64,000 bases of DNA. Source: Chloroflexi bacterium HGW-Chloroflexi-3 (GTDB taxonomy: Bacteria > Chloroflexota > Anaerolineae > Anaerolineales > Anaerolineaceae). The translations under genes and the position numbers were made by a program. Below the pieces are notes generated by a model. It was not told where the DNA came from and searched no databases. It was given only the letters and a program-made list of their open reading frames with translations. The DNA is taken from assembly GCA_002842045.1 (NCBI GenBank), contig PHBX01000010.1, positions 6,267 through 70,266 on the forward strand, written 5' to 3'. This document shows positions 10,333 to 18,700 of the stretch, piece by piece. Position 1 is the first letter of the stretch, and each line of letters begins with the position of its first letter.

Positions 10333-11976
10333 ATGATTAAAATAATTCAAACAAACCATGACCTATCACCTAAGAATCCATTTGACCAGCTTCCCTGGCA
10401 TGGCAGCCAGGAGCAACTGACCAATCATCCTGCGAAAATATCCGCGCTTATTAATGAATTTGAAAAACCTCTTTGGGTTGTGAACACATCCGCTCAGGTA
10501 TTTCTAACAGATCAGGATGGATTTTCAGCAGCAGGATCTGAGAATCTTCTTCAGGCGGAACGGTGGGCATATGTACCTCCCACGCCGATTGAATCCTTCG
10601 GTGACCCAGCTTTCATGCAAACCTATGGCATCCGTTATCCTTATTATGCTGGTGCAATGGCGAATGGAATTTCCTCGGTTGAAATGGTAGTGGCATTGGG
10701 GAAGGCAGGATTGATGGGGTCATTTGGATCCGCTGGATTACCACCAACCAGAATTGAAGCTGCCATTCATGCCATTCAACAAGCGTTACCGGATGGACCC
10801 TTTGCAATCAACCTAATTAACAGTCCGAATGAGCCTAATTTAGAAAGAAATCTGGCAGAGATGTACATCGGGTCAGGCGTGAAGGTGATTGAAGCGTCTG
10901 CCTACATGGATCTGACCTATGCTTTGGTCCATTTTCGTGTAGCCGGACTCTCACAAGCAAGTGATGGCAGCGTATTAATTGGCAATAAAATCATTGCCAA
11001 GATATCTCGTAAGGAAGTCGCGCGGAAATTTATGCTGCCAGCACCGGAAGACCTGCTCAAGCAATTGCTTGCGGATGGAAAGATTACAGAGGAACAGGCT
11101 GTGCTGGCACGCCAGGTACCCATGGCGGATGATCTCACCGTTGAAGCAGACTCAGGTGGTCATACAGATAATCGTCCGCTGGTGGGTCTGATCCCAACCA
11201 TGCTGGCAATTCGGGATGAAGTGCAGGCGAAAATGAATTATCCGCAACCGATTCGCATAGGCGCTGGTGGTGGCATCAGTACTCCAGCAGCCGTATTGGC
11301 AGCCTTTATGATGGGGGCAGCGTATGTCGTTACTGGATCAATTAATCAAGCCTGTGTTGAATCAGGCGCATCATTGCACACACGGAACTTGCTCGCACAA
11401 GCTGACATGGCAGATGTGATCATGGCACCTGCTGCCGATATGTTTGAGATGGGTGTGCGAGTGCAGGTATTGAAACGTGGTACCATGTTCGCCATGCGGG
11501 CCTCACGTTTGTATGAGTTATATTCTCGCTATAATGCTGTAGAAGAAATACCGAGTGCGGATCGGGAAAAGATTGAAAAAACAATTTTCCGACGCAATCT
11601 GGATGAAGTCTGGGAAGAAACCCAGGCATTCTTTCGCGAGCGTGATCAAAAGAACCTCGACCTCGCCTTAAAAGATCCGCATCATAAGCTGGCGTTGATC
11701 TTCCGTTGGTATCTGGGACTATCCTCGCGCTGGTCGGTGGTAGGAGAGCCTGGCAGGGAGATGGATTATCAAATCTGGTGTGGTCCAGCGATGGGAACTT
11801 TTAATCAATGGGTTAAGGACAGCGTTCTGGAACCGGTGGAAAACCGCAAGGTGGTGGATGTCGCCATGCAGATTCTGAATGGGGCTGCGTATCTGGCACG
11901 TGTGCGGAGTTTATCCAATCAGGGCATCACGCTGGCAAGCGAACTGCAGACATACTATCCACAACGTTTATTGTAA
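10333..11976 (+). CDS. pfaD: PfaD-family enoyl reductase (2-nitropropane-dioxygenase-like, PUFA/polyketide synthase trans-ER)
   Basis: 547 aa with the typical PfaD layout. The N-terminal extension is followed by a TIM-barrel FMN domain (YPYYAGAMANGISS, EADSGGHTDNRP, GAGGGISTP). Confidence 0.85.
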   Translation: MIKIIQTNHDLSPKNPFDQLPWHGSQEQLTNHPAKISALINEFEKPLWVVNTSAQVFLTDQDGFSAAGSENLLQAERWAYVPPTPIESFGDPAFMQTYGIRYPYYAGAMANGISSVEMVVALGKAGLMGSFGSAGLPPTRIEAAIHAIQQALPDGPFAINLINSPNEPNLERNLAEMYIGSGVKVIEASAYMDLTYALVHFRVAGLSQASDGSVLIGNKIIAKISRKEVARKFMLPAPEDLLKQLLADGKITEEQAVLARQVPMADDLTVEADSGGHTDNRPLVGLIPTMLAIRDEVQAKMNYPQPIRIGAGGGISTPAAVLAAFMMGAAYVVTGSINQACVESGASLHTRNLLAQADMADVIMAPAADMFEMGVRVQVLKRGTMFAMRASRLYELYSRYNAVEEIPSADREKIEKTIFRRNLDEVWEETQAFFRERDQKNLDLALKDPHHKLALIFRWYLGLSSRWSVVGEPGREMDYQIWCGPAMGTFNQWVKDSVLEPVENRKVVDVAMQILNGAAYLARVRSLSNQGITLASELQTYYPQRLL

Positions 11977-11993
11977 GCATCAATGTCGGATCA

Positions 11994-12731
11994 TCACAGA
12001 ATTTGTTGGATTCCCCTTGAAGAAAAGTCAATTTCCTGATGATTGTGTTTGATTGCCAGAGTCACCAGGGAATGATTTAATTTACGCCAAAATAATTTTA
12101 GATTTTTACATTCTGCGGGACATTGCAGTATTTTTATTGGTTGCCAATCTTCATAGGTTTTCAATGGAGGAAGATTGAAAGCAATCTGGCGGGTGTCAAT
12201 GCGTAGACCAATTTGCAGTGCTTTAACAATGGCTTCTCGACCACTCCATAAGAGGGAAGCTGCCAGCGCCTGTTCTTTGATGGAGAGGGCCAATATTGAT
12301 TTGGCTTCCGGCTTGGTGAAATAATCCTCCACAAAACCACGAGATTTGGCTTCAATCTCTTCCAGATCGATCCCGATCGTAATATCAGGATCGAAACAGA
12401 AAGCTGCAACCACATTCTCTCCGCGGTGACTGATCGATAATGATCCCTCGAGACGCTGATCATTCCACATCACAAAGGGAGCACCGCTGACTTCATTATG
12501 GATCGAGAGTTCCTGAAATGGTAGGGTGTCAGAACCGGTTAACCGGTTGCTTAGAAGTTTCTTGGTAGTCCAACGCCCTGATATCCATTCCTGTTGACGT
12601 TTTGGAAAGCGAAATTGCCGGTATCGATTTATTTCCTGCGGGGATAACCAATCCAAATCCTCAGGAATAGAATCAAACTTTTTTATGCACCAAAATACAG
12701 GGTAATCCGATTTCATGGTAGAGTGGGGCAC
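11994..12731 (-). CDS. Sfp-type 4'-phosphopantetheinyl transferase (PfaE-like)
   Basis: 245 aa with Sfp-family motifs (SISHRGENVV, GIDLEEI, WSGREAIVKA). It sits directly downstream of the megasynthase on the same strand. Confidence 0.8.
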   Translation of the reverse strand: MPHSTMKSDYPVFWCIKKFDSIPEDLDWLSPQEINRYRQFRFPKRQQEWISGRWTTKKLLSNRLTGSDTLPFQELSIHNEVSGAPFVMWNDQRLEGSLSISHRGENVVAAFCFDPDITIGIDLEEIEAKSRGFVEDYFTKPEAKSILALSIKEQALAASLLWSGREAIVKALQIGLRIDTRQIAFNLPPLKTYEDWQPIKILQCPAECKNLKLFWRKLNHSLVTLAIKHNHQEIDFSSRGIQQIL

Positions 12732-12763
12732 AGACCATTAATCTGGTCTATGCCCCAAAATAA

Positions 12764-15700
12764 TTATTTCATCAAAGTCTCAATAGGTGTGAGCAATTCC
12801 TGCTCGACACTGTAAGGCATTGGTGAGGTACGATACTTTTCAATTTCCAGATAGACCTGACCTTTGCTATCAACCACACGGGCATCAAAATATTGTTGCC
12901 CATCGCTGGAGGTGACGGGTTGCACTTCGGCATAGATCGGCAATCCATTAACCTTGTTCTCGTACAACCGCAATGCACCAATTGATTTTGGCAGGCTGAG
13001 GGTTCCAGCGTTTCCGATGTCCCAAACACCAGCGGTTTGTAAACACAATTCGACCAAAATTGGAATGCTAATCATAGTATTTTCTTTCTGAGACAGAGGT
13101 GGAATCTGGCGATTCAGTTTGCCTAAAACCACATCTCCATTTCTTTGCACTCCTTCTAAAACCTGGAAAGCTGGACCGTGGAAATATAGTTTGTAGATGT
13201 CATTTGCCTGCAGTGTATAGGCACCATTCCAATGCGGTGCCTTTCCTTCGGTTTTCACCTGAGGTAGATTGGCAGGCACCAGATACACCTGACCTGAGAA
13301 ATGCAGGAGATGATCTGTGCGTTGGTGTGCGCGTGCAAGATCAGACTCAAGGGTTACGTAAGCCACCAGTCCTGCTTCTTCCCGAACCACCTGTGCTTTC
13401 CAGGTGATCCGACGAGCTTCATCACGGTAAAATTTGAAGGGGGTCATAAACTGGATATTCGATAGTCTTTCAACCCGAAATCCACTTTTAGAAGATCCGA
13501 TTCTGGAAGCAATATGTTGAGCAGCAATCGAAAATCCTTCGATGCCCATGACACCAGGTAAGAGGGGCACACCATTCAGGCTATGATCTTTAAGGAACGC
13601 TTCCTGGTTGGGATCCAATTCAGCTTCCAGCAATATGCCATCCTGAAGGCTGACACCACTGACGCGGCTGAGCATTACATGAATCGGTTGACCACTGGTG
13701 AGAGCAATGTTTGCTTTTTCAATGTCCAGACCGCCATTAGGTTCCTTTTGGGTTTCTAACAATCCCAGTGAACCAGCAAGAACCACTTCACCTCGTGATC
13801 CAGCTTCTAATTCCTGCCGGACACAACCAGCAGCCTGATCTGGATGGATCATTTCAATCCCGGCTCGTTTCATTAATTCCGGTATATGACCACGGCTTGC
13901 CATACCAACTTCAGCCCAGGCACCCCAATCGATGGTCACAACCTGAATTTCGGGACACTCATGACGGAAAGCGGATGTAAGCCGGCACAGCAGATCATTA
14001 GCTGCGCTGTAATCGGTTTGCCCGGCGTTTCCAAAACGTCCTGCAACAGAGCTGAAATTAACGATTGCTTTTGGCAATTGTTTTGCATTTTCGAGTGCTT
14101 TGAAGAGGTTGAAGAAACCAGTCGCTTTCACATTGATAATTTGCCTGAATTCCTCTGCGCTCTTTGAGTCAAGTTTGCGGCTTTTTTCCACACCGGCAGC
14201 GTGGACCAAAACATCCACCCGACCCTCTTTCTCGATAATTTGCTTTACGATTTCGTTCACAGTGTCTTGATCACTGACATCACAGGGAAGATAAGTTGCC
14301 TGTCCTCCGGATTTGTATATCGCATCCATGGTTTTTAATGTAGCTGCAGCGCGTTCCAGTCCGGCGATCTCCTGATTGATGATGGCTGGGGTAGCTTTTT
14401 GACCGGATTTGGATAACCGTTGCAAGATCGTAAACTTGAGCTGTTCGGGATCTTTGACCAATAATTCCAATTCAGGATGATCTTTTTCAGGCAATTGGGT
14501 GCGTGCCAGTAGATAGAAATGTCCCTGCGTGTGCTGAGCCAGATCTTCCACGATGGGAGCGGTGATACCACCAGTGCCACCACTTACGAGGAAAACTGCG
14601 CCTTGTGAGATTGGATTTGTTTGTGCTATGTCAATTTCTGAATCCTGTAATACCAATGTGAAACGTTGTTCCTCTTCCCAGCCCACTTCCATAACAGCCG
14701 GATCAAAGAGTGTTTCTTCTACCAACTTATTTGCCAGGCTGGCGGGTTTTTCCTTACTTGAAAAATCGACCACTTTTACAAAAACGTCATGACGTTCGCG
14801 CGCGATGGCTTTGGCGAAGCCAATAGCCGCCCCGGATAAAGGATTGTCGGCGCCATTGGCAGATAAACCATGCAGACCGTCCATGCGGGTTGCTACAACC
14901 AGAAATTTGATCTCAGGTAATTGTCTGATGGCTGCTACCAGATTGTAAAATTTGGATTCCAATGTGCTGTGCCATTCCTCAACATCCATTTTTGTTATCA
15001 GGGTTTCCTTGTTTAAGGTGGCCAAAAAGTACAATCCATCAATAGAGCCTGATTCTGCCCATCGTTTGATTTGGTTGATTAATTCTTCCTGGTTGGAGGA
15101 TTGAATTGACAAAACTTCGACCTGATTGCCTGTTAGTTTCTTTTCCAGGGCTGGTGCAAATTTACCACTGTCTTTGATAACAACCACCCTGGAACCCTGT
15201 TCCAATACCATTCCTGTAGGTGTGCATAATTCAATACGGGGACGTAAAACTGCAACCGGTACCCGCCGTCGGATGTTGGCGGTTTCTTTAGATTCGATCA
15301 AATTATCAGGCTGATCTGCGAGTTTCTCTTCCACGGGCTCAACAGATTTTTGCTGCGCCTGGGCATCCAATACAAACTGAACAACTTTTTGCAGAGTATT
15401 GTAGTCTGAAAGGCGTAAATCCTCACGCCGTGGGATGCCAAAATTCTCGCGAATACTGGCAAATAATTCAGCCTGCTTGACGGTATCAATACCCAGGTCC
15501 GCTTCCAGATCGAGCTCCATATCCAGCATTTCTACCGGGTAACCTGTTTTTTCACTGACTTTTTCGAGCACCACACGGGTTACTTCATCATTTTGAGGAG
15601 CGCTTGACGGGGCTTCTTCAGAAACCTGTATGGGTTGTGGCACTGGTTTAATTTCAGGTGTTTTTACCTCAGGGATGACTTTTACCTGCGGAGTTACTGG

Positions 15701-18700
15701 TGCAGGAGCATCACTCGCCCAGCCTTGAGGTCCCTGACCAAATTGCCAGTTGGAAACCATCGGTTTTATCTTGGGAGCACCTTCATGTTTGACACGCAAG
15801 TTATGCTGGACAACTTCCAATTCTGGTTGTTGATAACCGGACACAGAAGCCAGCCATTGTTGATATTGTCCCTGATTGACGCGTTCACCTACACCAGAAA
15901 CTTTTCTGATCAAAGTCATGGCGATTTGTGAACCAAAACCCGCCCCCAGGCGTAGTGAGAATTGCACCGGGTAATTACCACCTTTGGAAAGATTGAGATC
16001 CCCCAGTTCAGGATCAGGTTCAAAGTCATTGTCATAATGCGCGATGGGAGGAACCATTCCAAATTCCAGCGCTTTGACAGCCATCACATCCTCCACGCCC
16101 ACACCCATAGTATGACCTGTGAAGCCTTTCGTATTGGCGATGATGACTTTGTTAGCCTGATCTCCAAAGGTTTTCCGCAGCGCGTGAATTTCAGCAGCAG
16201 CACTTCCACCACGAGCCGGGGTGTAGGTCTCATGGGAGACGAATACGGTTCGGGCAGCGATTTCATGTCGGTTGATACCAAAGCGTTGTTCTGCCTGGGA
16301 AATCACGCGCTGCATGACTTCACTGACATGGGGAACATCCAGACGGGTGCCATGGAAGGCTGAATTGGCAATCTGGCTGGAGAGCAGCTCACAGATGCCA
16401 CGCATGCCACGTTCACGCACTGCGTCTTCGGCTTCCACCACCAGGGCGGCAGCACCCATCCCCATAATCATGCCATTACGGCGACGATCGAAGGGTAAAG
16501 CTGCCTGTCGTACATTTCCTTCGGTGGTTGCGGCTCCACTTGCCATCAAACCAGTACCGACCCAGTTGACCAGATTTCCACTGGTGACATCATCACCAGC
16601 AATAACGATCACTCTACGGCAGCGTCCGGCTCGAATCCAATCTTCAGCAATCGCGACCGCATGCGTGGTGGTGGCACAAGCTGCATTGACATACGTATTG
16701 GGTCCACGAGCACCGATGTGTTCGGCAAATTGGGAATGACCCATTGCCAGAACACGAAAGACAAAATGACGGTGGAAGTGGTAGTCGTTGGCTTGCAGTT
16801 GGGATTCCAATTGTTCCAATTTGTTTTGGAGTGTCTCGGACACCTTGCCATTGCTGCCATTCAACATCTGGATAATATCCAATAATTGTTGTTTTTGCGA
16901 CAGTAAATTCTGGAAATTGTAGTAATGATCGGCTTCTTCCGACATACGTTCCAGACCTGGGAAAGCTGATCCGAAGATGACTCCGGTTTCATCCTGCATG
17001 GCTTCTGGTAACATCCAGCGATTGGGTAGCAGGGTGCCTTTGCTGGTGGTACGATAATTCATTACCAAAGGAATCCCGGCATCCCGTAAGGCATCAATCC
17101 CGGCGGCGATCGCCAGTTGTGTACTGATATCGGTGGCATCCACACGATCTTCAGGTATGCCAAACTCATTGGTGGGATCAAAACCGCCACGCTGTCCGGC
17201 TAATTTAACGGTTGCATCCAGGTCGTCAATATCGACCATCATCGCGCCAGCTTCATGTTTAACCAGGCGGGTTACGCGTTTATCGAGCATATTCTCGCGT
17301 GTTTTTTGTGGAAAAGACTCAATTAACACTTCACCTTTGAGCATTCTTTGGACATTATCTTCAGCAAATACCAGACCATTCTTGCCAGGTAATCCCAGAC
17401 CAGCGCCACTGATGACGACTGACCCTGTGGGTGGAACACGACCGTCTATGATGGCTGGTTGAGGGACTGTAACATTTTCCGGTGGTTTGACAGATGGTAC
17501 CTGAACTCTCTCAGCAATGGCAGGTAAACCAGCGGCGAATAAAGCACACAGTGCTTCATTAAAGCTTGGTAATGCTCCTTTACGCGGGTGATTGGTTGCC
17601 AGCAGTGTTACTTCAGATTTGTCTTTGAAGATATCGCTGGTGAGGGCATTCAATACACGTTTCGGACCAACTTCCACAAAAATCCTGGCACCGTTTTCAT
17701 AAAGTTTTGTTGCGCCTTTGATGAATTGTACCGGGGAGGCTACCTGATCAGCCAGTAAATTCAGGATATCTTCGCGTTTGGATGGATACCAATCTCCGGT
17801 TACATTGGCAGCGACGGGGACTTTGGGTGCTTGCAGGTCCATACGATCGATGACCTTGCGTAGTGGCTGACTGGCTGGTGCTACAATTTTAGTGTGGAAA
17901 GCATGCGAAACCGGAATTTTGACGGCCTGGAAATTGGCTGCCATGAATGCCTGGATGGCAAGATCGACACCTTTGGTGGATCCGGCGATGACTGATTGCA
18001 ATGGACTGTTGATATTCGCCAGAACGACATATTCATCAATGCTGCCAAGAATTCGTTCCACTTCCTTGAGGGGAGCCGAGACAGCTGCCATGCAGCCATT
18101 ATCCTCCATGGCAACTTTCACCATTTCGCGACCACGAGCACTGACCACTTCTAGCGCTTCATCAAATCGTAAGACGCCAGCAGCTACCAATGCTGCATAT
18201 TCACCCAGACTGTGTCCGATGACCATATCAGGTTTAAATCCGTATTTTTCCAGGAGGCGTAAAAGAGCCACGTTGGCAGTCAACACAGCTGGTTGGGTGA
18301 TGGTGGTATCTTTAAGTTTCTGTTCTGCTTCTTTTAAACTAGCTTCATCACCTTCGGCGTATATGAAATGTGTGAGGGGTTTCCCGAGTAAAGGTTCCAT
18401 GACCCGGTCTGCTTCGACAAAGACTGCATCCACCACCGGTTCAATGGCGCGTAATTCACGCAGCATATTCACGTATTGAGAACCCTGCCCGGGAAAAAGG
18501 AAAGCTATCTTGCCTGGATCCCCGCTGCCACGATAGACTCCCTGAGCGGTCATGGCCTGCCACATGGAGGGATTATCCGAGTCAAAAGCTTTTAATGCCT
18601 TTTCTGCTCGTTTGATGAATTCTTCCTGATTACCGTAATCTATCACCAGACGTTCCGGCAAAGACAGCTGATTGGGTTCTGGTAATTGAGAAGGGGGCAA

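Noticed and set aside
13099-18479. Many ORFs of 60-195 aa on the plus strand and in alternate minus frames inside the megasynthase gene (e.g. 16272..16739, 17892..18479, 15962..16363).
   Set aside because: All lie within, or antisense to, a continuous 2739-aa ORF with clear domain motifs. Their translations are low-complexity (Ser/Arg/Pro/Thr-rich) with no family resemblance, so they are shadow ORFs.
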